Shown piece by piece: positions 35,984 to 44,246 of a DNA stretch of 60,426 bases; within the stretch, counting starts at the first letter, position 1; every line of letters begins with the position of its first letter. Both the position numbers and the translations under genes were made by a program. Source of the DNA: Patescibacteria group bacterium (GTDB lineage: Bacteria; Patescibacteriota; Patescibacteriia; Patescibacteriales; UBA12465); contig JAQVFY010000004.1 of assembly GCA_028696995.1 (NCBI GenBank), positions 1 through 60,426 on the forward strand. The letters run 5' to 3'. A model generated the notes under the pieces. That model was not told where the DNA came from. It ran no database searches and was given only the letters and a program-made list of their open reading frames with translations.

Positions 35984-37894
35984 TTATTTTTTAATAGCCG
36001 TTATCACTAAAAAGCCTTCTTGCAATTCGTCAGAAGAAACCTCGGCCATAGCTTGATCACCGGATATTCCCAAGGTGACAGGAATTTCACGAACATTTTT
36101 GCCTTCTAATACTCGAATATAACGATCTCCACCATTGCGCAATAAAACAGCGCGAGCTGGAACAGCAAAAACATCCTTCTTAGAATTAGCAACAATATCA
36201 ACATTAGAAGTCATGCCAGATTTAATAATAAAACCATTTTTTTTCAGCTCATCCTCAGTAAAACTTATTTTTATCTTATAATAAATAACATCAGAAATAG
36301 CAGTAGAAGCCGGCTCAATAAAGTAAACTTGACCCTTAACCTTATAATCATCACCAAAAGCATCGAAGGTTATATCCGCCTCATTCCCTATTTTTAATTT
36401 AGAAATATTAGACTCAGAAATAAAAACCTCAATTTCAAAATTATTTTCAGTTAATAAACTAATAACTGGGCTAGTCCCACTAATCTGCTCCCCAACCTCA
36501 TAATTTATCTTGACCACCTTGCCATTAATAGGGGCTTTTATAGTATTATCTTCAATTTGTTTTTCTATTAAACTCAAATTGGCATTAGCAGAATCAACCT
36601 GAGCCTGAGCTAATTTTAAATCATCTGCTTTAGCTGGAGTTTTTAATTTAGCTAATTGTAATTGAACTACCTCATAATTTTTCTTAGCTGAATCAACTCG
36701 GGCCTCAGCTGATAATTTTTGTTGATTACCATTTATCTTCGCTAAAGACAAAGTATTCTCAGCAGTATTAATAGCATCACTTAAAGCGGTTTCCGCTTGT
36801 AAAACAGCATCTTGAGCGCTAGCTATATTGGTATCATAAGCCAAAAGAGCATTAGTAAAAGCAAAATAAGAATTTTGGATAGCAGTAATAGAGGTGCTGA
36901 TAGAACTTTTGTTGGAATTAACTGTAGTCTTAAAAGCATCTAAGGAAGATTGAGGAAAAGAAGAAGAAATTATAGAATTTTCCAAAGCACTAAAACAATT
37001 ATTTAAAACCGAAAAAACATCATCTAAAAACAGATCTAATCCATCTGAAGCCTTCTTAATATTTTCCTGACTGGGATTCCTTTTAGCAGTCTCAATACTA
37101 GAATTAAGAACCGGAATCTCTTCTATAGCTTTATTATATAATCTATCAGTTTCTGATTTATAAAAATAATTTTTAACACTAAAAACATTTTCAATATCCT
37201 CATCCTCTACTATTCTATTAACAGCATCCAAAGAAGCTCTAGCCACTGAAAAATTATAATCCAAAGCAGATAATAAAGACCCTTGACTATTATTGATAGT
37301 TTGTTGAGAAGTTTTTTTAGTATTCTCTAGACCAACCTTAGCCGAATCAACTGCTTGCTTCACAGACATTGGAACTAAAAAGTTAGGGGCCTGCAAATCA
37401 CTGAGAGTTTTTTCAGCTTGATAAATATTTTCATCAACAATTTTTTGTACTTGCTCTAAATCACTCTTAGAAGAATCATAAGCACTTTTAGCTTGTTTAA
37501 CCTGAGCTTCTAAGACAGCAATATCCTCATAAGAAGCTCCTCGGATAAGCTTATCTTGATTAGTTTGAGCAATTTCCAAAGTTGCAAAAGCCTCCTCTTT
37601 TCTAATTAATAAAGAAGAATAATCTAATTCAGCTAGAACGTCACCCTCATTAACTTGATCCCCCACTTTAACATTAAGTAAATTCAATTTTCCAGCTTGA
37701 GAAAAGTTTAAAGCAATTTCTTGGCTAGCCTTAACTGTTCCAATCTCACTAACTGTTTGAACAATATCTTGTTTCTTTAATTCTGTAGTAATATATTCAA
37801 CTTTCTCCTTCCGAAAAATAATCGGAAGAATTATAATTAAAAGCAAAACCACAGCACCAGAAATAATGATAATTTTCTTTTTTTTCTTTTTCAT
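35984..37894 (-). CDS. HlyD/membrane-fusion-family adaptor with a very long coiled-coil region
   Basis: The 636-aa product has an N-terminal TM anchor, a lipoyl-like segment GDVLAELD and about 350 aa of heptad-like A/Q/S/L-rich sequence. Its C-terminal part is a beta-barrel region. Confidence 0.75.
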   Translation of the reverse strand: MKKKKKKIIIISGAVVLLLIIILPIIFRKEKVEYITTELKKQDIVQTVSEIGTVKASQEIALNFSQAGKLNLLNVKVGDQVNEGDVLAELDYSSLLIRKEEAFATLEIAQTNQDKLIRGASYEDIAVLEAQVKQAKSAYDSSKSDLEQVQKIVDENIYQAEKTLSDLQAPNFLVPMSVKQAVDSAKVGLENTKKTSQQTINNSQGSLLSALDYNFSVARASLDAVNRIVEDEDIENVFSVKNYFYKSETDRLYNKAIEEIPVLNSSIETAKRNPSQENIKKASDGLDLFLDDVFSVLNNCFSALENSIISSSFPQSSLDAFKTTVNSNKSSISTSITAIQNSYFAFTNALLAYDTNIASAQDAVLQAETALSDAINTAENTLSLAKINGNQQKLSAEARVDSAKKNYEVVQLQLAKLKTPAKADDLKLAQAQVDSANANLSLIEKQIEDNTIKAPINGKVVKINYEVGEQISGTSPVISLLTENNFEIEVFISESNISKLKIGNEADITFDAFGDDYKVKGQVYFIEPASTAISDVIYYKIKISFTEDELKKNGFIIKSGMTSNVDIVANSKKDVFAVPARAVLLRNGGDRYIRVLEGKNVREIPVTLGISGDQAMAEVSSDELQEGFLVITAIKK

Positions 37895-37909
37895 ATCTAA
37901 AATTTAATT

Positions 37910-38347
37910 TTAATCCATGACAATATCTTCAGCATCTTCCAAGTTATCGGAATCCTCAAACTCATCCTTATTGCGCGACATAACTCGCATAACCTTATTG
38001 GAAAAAGTATAGATATCAAACTCATTTTTCATAAAATAATAATTAGCCCCCAAACCAACACTACGACTTCTGCCATCCTCATCACTTAAATCAGTAAAAA
38101 TAAAAATTTCGGCGCTATTAATAAGTTCATCAGATTTAATATTTTTAATTATTTCTGCACCATCCAACTTAGGTAAAACAATATCCAAAATAATAACATC
38201 GGGCTTAAACTTTTTAATATTGTTAATCAGATCATCTAACTCTTCATTAGAATCACTAATTTCAACATCATAATCATTGGAAGAAAAAATATCTCTTAAA
38301 CCATATAAGATGTTAATATCATCTTCAATTATAAATATTCTGTTCAT
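37910..38347 (-). CDS. stand-alone response-regulator receiver protein with an acidic tail
   Basis: The 145-aa product carries the DD pair (IIEDD), the phospho-acceptor context VIILDIVLPKLDG and no output domain. Confidence 0.8.
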   Translation of the reverse strand: MNRIFIIEDDINILYGLRDIFSSNDYDVEISDSNEELDDLINNIKKFKPDVIILDIVLPKLDGAEIIKNIKSDELINSAEIFIFTDLSDEDGRSRSVGLGANYYFMKNEFDIYTFSNKVMRVMSRNKDEFEDSDNLEDAEDIVMD

Positions 38348-38437
38348 AATTTTTTATTTAATTGTAATTAATTTTAAATATTTCAACTAAAACCCAAGTC
38401 GAATTAGATAAAAGTCGAACTAAAATCTAATTCTAAA

Positions 38438-39430
38438 TTATATTTTAGTAAAATTTAATAAGCCATTTTGTGCTCCTGATTGAGAAATAACTGCTGAAGC
38501 ATTTTTTACACCTAAAAACATAGCCCTTTTAAAGTCTCCAGAATATTTCTCTAAAGATCCTACGACAGTAGAATTAAAAGCATCCCCTACCCCAGTAGTA
38601 TCAACAATTTTTTTACCTTTAATTACACCCTGATGATAAAAATTATCCCCGTCATAAAAATAAGCCCCCTGAGTTCCGTCTGTCAAAATAACTTTATCTG
38701 GCCCAAAACTTTTTAATATTTTAATTAAATTTTTACTATTATTCAAAAATTTATCATCTTTAGCAAAAACACTCGACAAATATTTTTTATTTCTTTTAAC
38801 CATTTCCAAAGCTTCGTCTTTATTGACCGCAAAAATATCAGTTTTCTTTAAAAAAGGAAGTATTTTTGATAAGTCTCCGCTCAATTGACTTAATCCCGGA
38901 TTCCAAGCTATTTTATTTTTAGAAGCAAAAATATTTTTTAAACTACCTAAACAATCAACTGGAAGTGATGATAAATAAACCCACTTATATTTTTTTATAA
39001 GCGCCTGATGCTTCTTCTCTACTTGCAAAAAATCATTAGAACCACGATAAGTAAAAATAATACGATCTTTTTTATTATTCAAAATAAAGGAAAATCCAGT
39101 ATCATTTTTTTTATCTATTATTATATTTTTAGTATCTATTTTATGTTGAGACAGATTGGCTACAACTCGCTTAGCTCGCTCATCGCTACCAACTCTAGCC
39201 AAGCAGGCAGTCTTGAATCCAGCCTTGGCCAAATTAACCGCCGAATTAGAAGCTCCACCACCAAAATAATGGCCATAATCTTTAATATTTATTTTGGCAC
39301 CATGCTCAAAGGCCAATAATCTTTGTTTTAAAATATCCCCCTTATTATCAAGTAAAATACCATCTTGGGCAAAAAAAACTATGTCTTCTGTAAGGCCGCC
39401 GATGCTTATAAAATCATTTAACATAAACAA
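38438..39430 (-). CDS. PfkB-family carbohydrate kinase (ribokinase-like)
   Basis: The 330-aa product carries the GGGASN N-terminal motif and the C-terminal DTTGVGDAF motif. Confidence 0.8.
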   Translation of the reverse strand: MFMLNDFISIGGLTEDIVFFAQDGILLDNKGDILKQRLLAFEHGAKINIKDYGHYFGGGASNSAVNLAKAGFKTACLARVGSDERAKRVVANLSQHKIDTKNIIIDKKNDTGFSFILNNKKDRIIFTYRGSNDFLQVEKKHQALIKKYKWVYLSSLPVDCLGSLKNIFASKNKIAWNPGLSQLSGDLSKILPFLKKTDIFAVNKDEALEMVKRNKKYLSSVFAKDDKFLNNSKNLIKILKSFGPDKVILTDGTQGAYFYDGDNFYHQGVIKGKKIVDTTGVGDAFNSTVVGSLEKYSGDFKRAMFLGVKNASAVISQSGAQNGLLNFTKI

Positions 39431-39466
39431 TAAATAAATAATAATTACCTATATAATAGCATAAAA

Positions 39467-39997
39467 TTAACTTTTATCAAAAGAAAGAGAATTGGAACGA
39501 TTTTTCGGTTGACGCAAGAAATAAAAGGAAATAATTATTCCCAAAAAAATCCAAAAAAACTCAATAATCCAATTAAACCAAAAAGTCCAAGACAACCACA
39601 AAACACCAGTAACGTTTTTTTCAAATAAAAAAAGAATTAGGTATAAAAATAAATTATAAAAAATAGACAAAATAAAACTCAAGGCTAAAAAAGAATAAAT
39701 AGATCTATTAGTAAAAAAATTGTTCCAAACAAAATCAGCTAAAACAACCATTAATAAGAAAGAAATAGTAAAAATACCAAAAGGATAAAAAGAAAAAATA
39801 TCTAAAATTATTCCTGACATCAGAGCGAAATACAAAGAATTTCTGAAATTATAAAAAATAAAAAGCCAGATCACTAAAAATAAAAAAAGATTAAATCTAC
39901 TAATAATATTAGAGAAAGAATTTAAAACTGACCCCTGAATTAAGAGAACCACAATAACTAAAAAAAATATTTTTATAAAAATCCAATACTTACCCAT
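39467..39997 (-). CDS. mreD: probable rod shape-determining protein MreD
   Basis: The 176-aa product is polytopic and lies immediately downstream of mreB-mreC. The call rests on position and topology. Confidence 0.55.
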   Translation of the reverse strand: MGKYWIFIKIFFLVIVVLLIQGSVLNSFSNIISRFNLFLFLVIWLFIFYNFRNSLYFALMSGIILDIFSFYPFGIFTISFLLMVVLADFVWNNFFTNRSIYSFLALSFILSIFYNLFLYLILFLFEKNVTGVLWLSWTFWFNWIIEFFWIFLGIIISFYFLRQPKNRSNSLSFDKS

Positions 39998-40023
39998 TTA
40001 TTTATTACTATTTTTATTAAAAA

Positions 40024-40851
40024 TTATTCGGGAATAATAACTGCTACGATACTCAAATTATTAATACTAAAAAGAGCTTCAGCATTAATATCTTGCCAAA
40101 CATCATTTACTTCTTGATTAACATAATTTATTTTACCAACTGCTAAACCTCGAGGAATATCTCGCTCTAAACCAGAGGTTATAATTCTATCTCCAACATT
40201 AACTACTTCATTTTGCGAAACAAAATTAACTTTAATAGACAAGCCTAAATCCCCCTCCGCCAAACCAATACTCTTAGTAGAATTACTAAGAGAAACAGCC
40301 ATTTTACAAAAATTATTATTAATTAAACAAACCCGAGAGCTTTTATCTTCAACTTCAATTATTTTACCAATAATAACCCCTGTTTCACTAACAATAGCCA
40401 AACCTTCTCGTAGACCATCGCGACCACCCTTATCTATAACTATATTTTGATTATAATGAGAAAAATTTAAAAGATTTTCCTGCCAAACAACATTGGCTAA
40501 AATATAACGAAAAGATCTTTCATTAAAAAAATTTAAATATCCTCTAAGTTGAGCATTTTCCTCTTCTAAAGAATAAAATTTTGCTAAATCAACCTCATTC
40601 AATTGCTTCTCCTCCTCTAATAAAGAAATCTCTTCTAATAATGAACTTCGAGTTTTTTTCTCATCTGTAAGCCCACTAGAACTTTCTCGAATAATTTTAG
40701 CACCAGGATTAATAATTTGAGAAAATAAACGACGACCCCAGGAAGAAAAACCGATAACATTTAAAAAAATGAGCAGTCCAAAAACTGCCAAGATTAATCT
40801 AAATTTTTTTCTATCTCCTAAAATACTCATATCTTTAAAAATATTAAACAC
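40024..40851 (-). CDS. mreC: rod shape-determining protein MreC
   Basis: The 275-aa product has a TM anchor, a coiled-coil segment (LEEENAQLRG) and the motif ITSGLERDIPRGLAVGKI. It overlaps the end of mreB by 8 nt. Confidence 0.8.
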   Translation of the reverse strand: MFNIFKDMSILGDRKKFRLILAVFGLLIFLNVIGFSSWGRRLFSQIINPGAKIIRESSSGLTDEKKTRSSLLEEISLLEEEKQLNEVDLAKFYSLEEENAQLRGYLNFFNERSFRYILANVVWQENLLNFSHYNQNIVIDKGGRDGLREGLAIVSETGVIIGKIIEVEDKSSRVCLINNNFCKMAVSLSNSTKSIGLAEGDLGLSIKVNFVSQNEVVNVGDRIITSGLERDIPRGLAVGKINYVNQEVNDVWQDINAEALFSINNLSIVAVIIPE

Positions 40852-41887
40852 TTAAAGTCGAAGTAATCTTTTTAAGTAAATCTTCATCACTAAAAAGAGA
40901 CCCCGATCCTCTAACCATAGCCGAAAGAGGATCATCTACTACTATTACTGGAATTTTGGTGGCTCGAGAAATTAATTTATCTAAACCATAAAGCAAAGCC
41001 CCGCCACCACTTAAATACAAACCATGTTCATAAATATCAGCTACTAATTCTGGAGGAGTTTCTTCTAAAGTTAATTTGATACTCTCCACGATTTTAATAA
41101 TTGTTTTTTTAATAGCATCTCGAACTTGATTATCATTAATAGTGATAGCAGTTGGTAATCCATTCATTAAATCCCTCCCCCTTATTTCCATAGTTCTTTC
41201 CTCTTCAAAAGATAAAACTGAAGCTAAATTAATTTTTATTTTTTCGGCTAATTGTTCTCCAATTAAAAGATTAAAGTTATCTCTAATATAATCTGTAATA
41301 TTACTATCTAATTCATTTCCGGCCAAACGCAAAGACTTCCAGGATACTACTCCAGTCAAAGAAATAACAGCAATATCTGTTGTCCCTCCCCCAATATCAA
41401 CTATCATATTGGCTCTAGGACTATCAACTGGAAGACCGGCACCTAAAGCCGCAGCCATAACTTCCTCTATTAAATAAACTTTGCGAGCTCCAGCTGATTT
41501 AGCTGCATCCTCAACTGCCTTTTTTTCCACCTCAGTAATATCTAATGGAACTCCAATAATAACTCGAGGACGAGGCAAAAAAGAAAAACCTTCACCATGA
41601 ACTTTATTAATAAAATGCTTCAACATTTTTTCTGTAATCTCAAAATCAGAAATAACTCCATCAACCAAAGGCTTAACAGCTTGAATATGAGCTGGAGTTT
41701 TCCCCACCATTTTTTTAGCCTCATGACCAATTTCTAAAATTTCCGTAGTCTTAGTATTTACAGCCACAACACTAGGCTCATTAATAATAATACCCTTACC
41801 ACTAACATAAACCAAAGTATTTTTGGTTCCCAAATCAATAGCAATATCATGGCTTAAATTACCAAATTTTTTAAAAATATTAAACAT
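40844..41887 (-). CDS. mreB: rod shape-determining actin homolog MreB (paralog 2, in the mreBCD operon)
   Basis: The 347-aa product carries IAIDLGTKNT, NEPSVVA, DIGGGTTD and GLYLSGGGA. Confidence 0.9.
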   Translation of the reverse strand: MFNIFKKFGNLSHDIAIDLGTKNTLVYVSGKGIIINEPSVVAVNTKTTEILEIGHEAKKMVGKTPAHIQAVKPLVDGVISDFEITEKMLKHFINKVHGEGFSFLPRPRVIIGVPLDITEVEKKAVEDAAKSAGARKVYLIEEVMAAALGAGLPVDSPRANMIVDIGGGTTDIAVISLTGVVSWKSLRLAGNELDSNITDYIRDNFNLLIGEQLAEKIKINLASVLSFEEERTMEIRGRDLMNGLPTAITINDNQVRDAIKKTIIKIVESIKLTLEETPPELVADIYEHGLYLSGGGALLYGLDKLISRATKIPVIVVDDPLSAMVRGSGSLFSDEDLLKKITSTLSV

Positions 41888-41962
41888 ATTTTAAAATATT
41901 TTCTTTTTTATATAGAAATAAACAGCAAAAAACTCGAATAATTATAATTACTGAGTACCATT

Positions 41963-41991
41963 ATCATAACTTAAAAAAATGCTTTTGTAAA
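41963..41991 (-). promoter_or_regulatory. sigma70 promoter TTTACA-17-TATGAT for mreBCD
   Basis: On the minus strand, TTTACA is at 41991-41986, the spacer is 17 nt and TATGAT is at 41968-41963. Confidence 0.5.
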
Positions 41992-42002
41992 TACTAAGTT
42001 TT

Positions 42003-42041
42003 AAATAAAAAAGAGCGGGTTTCTTGTGAAACGACGCTCTT
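42003..42041 (-). terminator. rho-independent terminator of the GC-rich lipoprotein gene
   Basis: The minus strand reads AAGAGCG..GTTTC-ACAA-GAAAC..CGCTCTT followed by TTTTATTT. Confidence 0.7.
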
Positions 42042-42064
42042 GAAAACCTTTCAATCTAATAGTC

Positions 42065-42574
42065 TTAGAAAACTATATAGAAGCCCGTTTTAAAAACGGA
42101 AACCGATCCGGGCATATAGTCATCCTTGACGATGGCCAGACTACTACGCCCTGCTATCACATTGTGATAGAGTTTGTAGTCGCCGTTGAGATCGGTCAAC
42201 GGGAAGCTCTCTTCCCCGACCCTGGGGATGCTATCTCCGTCATAGAAAGAGATTCTCAGGATGTCGTTTCCGACAAGCTGATGATTAAATTTCCAGGACT
42301 TGTCGGTGTCGCCCGACTGTATTAGTTTACCCTCGCTAAAAACGATGGCGTAATCGTTTTCCCATCCCTCTATCTGGTGATAAAAGGAGTCATGAGACGA
42401 GGAGACGACCAGATGATCATTCTTCTCGATTCTCAGTATCTTGTTATACTGATTCATGACAGAGACAAAATTACCTCTCACCCAATACTGCTCCTCCTTT
42501 TGACAGGAAGAAAAAACGGTGATAATAACAGCAATCAGGGCAACAATAAGAGAAAAGCTTTTCATTTTTTTCAT
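42065..42574 (-). CDS. putative lipoprotein of unknown function in a GC-rich island
   Basis: The 169-aa product has a signal peptide ending VFSSC, a lipobox-like Cys followed by QKEEQ. It is beta-rich and ends in F. The line at 42121-42180 counts 28/60 G+C. Confidence 0.6.
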   Translation of the reverse strand: MKKMKSFSLIVALIAVIITVFSSCQKEEQYWVRGNFVSVMNQYNKILRIEKNDHLVVSSSHDSFYHQIEGWENDYAIVFSEGKLIQSGDTDKSWKFNHQLVGNDILRISFYDGDSIPRVGEESFPLTDLNGDYKLYHNVIAGRSSLAIVKDDYMPGSVSVFKTGFYIVF

Positions 42575-42590
42575 AATCTTTTTTTGTTTT

Positions 42591-42644
42591 TTGGTTAGTA
42601 TTTACAAATATTCTACTAGTAAAACACTTGTAAATACCAACCAA
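42591..42644 (-). promoter_or_regulatory. long 5'-leader hairpin with a 17-bp inverted repeat (16/17 matched)
   Basis: TTGGTTAGTATTTACAA (42591-42607) pairs with TTGTAAATACCAACCAA (42628-42644). The loop is 20 nt. The element lies between the promoter and the ATG at 42574. Confidence 0.55.
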
Positions 42645-42676
42645 AATACTTTCAAAGAACTATCATGACAATACTT

Positions 42677-42705
42677 ATTATATCATAAATAACATAAAAT
42701 GTCAA
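42677..42705 (-). promoter_or_regulatory. consensus sigma70 promoter TTGACA-17-TGaTATAAT (extended -10)
   Basis: On the minus strand, TTGACA is at 42705-42700, the spacer is 17 nt and TGATATAAT is at 42685-42677. Both boxes and their flanks are identical to the promoter at 16247-16275. Confidence 0.75.
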
Positions 42706-42768
42706 TGACTTTGAATAAAGGTCAATAAAATATGGGCTTTTATCAATAAACACTTAAACAAAAAACTA

Positions 42769-42797
42769 TTGACATAATATTTTAAAAATAGTAATAT
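42769..42797 (+). promoter_or_regulatory. sigma70 promoter TTGACA-17-TAATAT, divergent from the previous promoter
   Basis: TTGACA is at 42769-42774, the spacer is 17 nt and TAATAT is at 42792-42797. Confidence 0.65.
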
Positions 42798-42848
42798 GAA
42801 CTGTTAATAAATAGTTCTTCAAAATATAAACAAAACCAAAAAGAAAAA

Positions 42849-43475
42849 ATGAAAACAAAAAGATTGTTTTTATCGGCAGTTGTAGTTATTGTGCTGGTGT
42901 TTAGCACCGGGTGGTCAGAAAAAAAAGATTGCCAAAATGATTACTACCGGGGATTCTGGATGGACAGCGAGATGTATGCAAGAGTGGATGGTTATAAAAA
43001 ACAGCTACTCTACATACAAAAAAAAGAGCTCCATCTAATGGTGGATAGTTTATGGTTCAAACCAGCTCCCTTCAAGCTTCCTGGCGACAGAGTTGTCTTG
43101 GAATGCGAAGAAACAGGAGAAAAAATAGTTTTCGCCTGGAGAGATGAGGATAGAAAACTATCTTCTCGTGTCCCCCTCCGAAAACGTTTTAACTGGCACG
43201 TAAGAAGCAATGACCTTATGGTCCTCTATACTAAGGGAGACACAACTATTTGCTTTATGCTTAAAAAATCAGGAGAGGGCGGATGGTATGCAAAGGATGC
43301 AGAGGGCAAATTTTTTCTGAGCACTGGCGGATATGAACTTGCTGAAACCCGGTTCAGATATGCCGAAGAAGAAGAAATCAATATTCTCAAAAAAAGAACC
43401 ATTGACATCTTCTACAATATACTCCAGGAACAAGGATCGTTGCTTCCCAAGAAATTAAGGAGAGTGAAGCATTGA
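42849..43475 (+). CDS. secreted or membrane-anchored protein of unknown function in a GC-rich island
   Basis: The 208-aa product has the N-terminal hydrophobic signal or anchor MKTKRLFLSAVVVIVLVFSTG. I recognise no motif. G+C is elevated. Confidence 0.55.
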   Translation: MKTKRLFLSAVVVIVLVFSTGWSEKKDCQNDYYRGFWMDSEMYARVDGYKKQLLYIQKKELHLMVDSLWFKPAPFKLPGDRVVLECEETGEKIVFAWRDEDRKLSSRVPLRKRFNWHVRSNDLMVLYTKGDTTICFMLKKSGEGGWYAKDAEGKFFLSTGGYELAETRFRYAEEEEINILKKRTIDIFYNILQEQGSLLPKKLRRVKH

Positions 43476-43496
43476 TCCGAAAAAATTAAAAAAAAC

Positions 43497-43523
43497 AGAC
43501 CCCTAAATAACTGGGGTCTTTTT
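43497..43523 (+). terminator. rho-independent terminator
   Basis: The hairpin AGACCCC-N9-GGGGTCT is followed by TTTT. Confidence 0.75.
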
Positions 43524-43546
43524 AATTCTTCTCTTGTGTTTAAATA

Positions 43547-44125
43547 CTAATTCTTTGATAACTTTTTTAAAGCCTCTCTAATACGCTGACCACTATCAAC
43601 AACATCCTTATCAACCTGATTAAGTGCTTCACGGGCTTCTGGCAAAGAATAACCCAAAACCATTAAGGCGTCAATTTCATCAGCCGAAAATCCTCCTCCG
43701 CTTGATAAATCATAATCACCACCCATTTTAAATAATTTGTCTTTTAATTCCAAGACTACCCTCTCAGCAATTTTTTTACCAATACCAGAAACCTTAGTTA
43801 AGAGATGCGAATCACCGCGGACTATCGACTCCTTAATATCAGACAATTTAGCGATAGCTAAAACTGATAAAGCTGATTTTGGGCCAATACCAGAAATGGA
43901 AATGAGCAACTCAAAAAATTCTAACTCTTCTAAAGTTTTAAAACCGTATAAATCTAGGGCCTCTTCTCTGACGTATTGATGGGTGAATAATTGTAATTCT
44001 TGACCAACTTTCAATTCATTAAAAAAATTTTCACTAACAAAAACAGAGTAACCGATATTATTCACCTCCACTATTATTGTATTTTTTAATTTGTAGGAAA
44101 TTATTCCTTTTAAATATGAAATCAT
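43547..44125 (-). CDS. ruvA: Holliday junction branch migration complex subunit RuvA
   Basis: The 192-aa product starts MISYLKGII, followed by the helix-hairpin-helix segments ISGIGPKSAL and VSGIGKKIAERV. Confidence 0.9.
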   Translation of the reverse strand: MISYLKGIISYKLKNTIIVEVNNIGYSVFVSENFFNELKVGQELQLFTHQYVREEALDLYGFKTLEELEFFELLISISGIGPKSALSVLAIAKLSDIKESIVRGDSHLLTKVSGIGKKIAERVVLELKDKLFKMGGDYDLSSGGGFSADEIDALMVLGYSLPEAREALNQVDKDVVDSGQRIREALKKLSKN

Positions 44126-44246
44126 ATATTTTTTATGCTACTTTTTTAACAAAAGCTTCTTTATGGCACTTTTTTAAAAAAATACCCAAAAACTTAGCGA
44201 ACATTAAAACAATTACATTTTCAAATTATAAAAAACAAAGGATATA

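Noticed and set aside
38401-38433. A 9-bp inverted repeat GAATTAGAT-N15-ATCTAATTC after the pfkB-like gene, considered as a terminator.
   Set aside because: The stem is AT-rich and no adjacent T-run follows on the transcribed strand. It may have some role but cannot be supported as a terminator.
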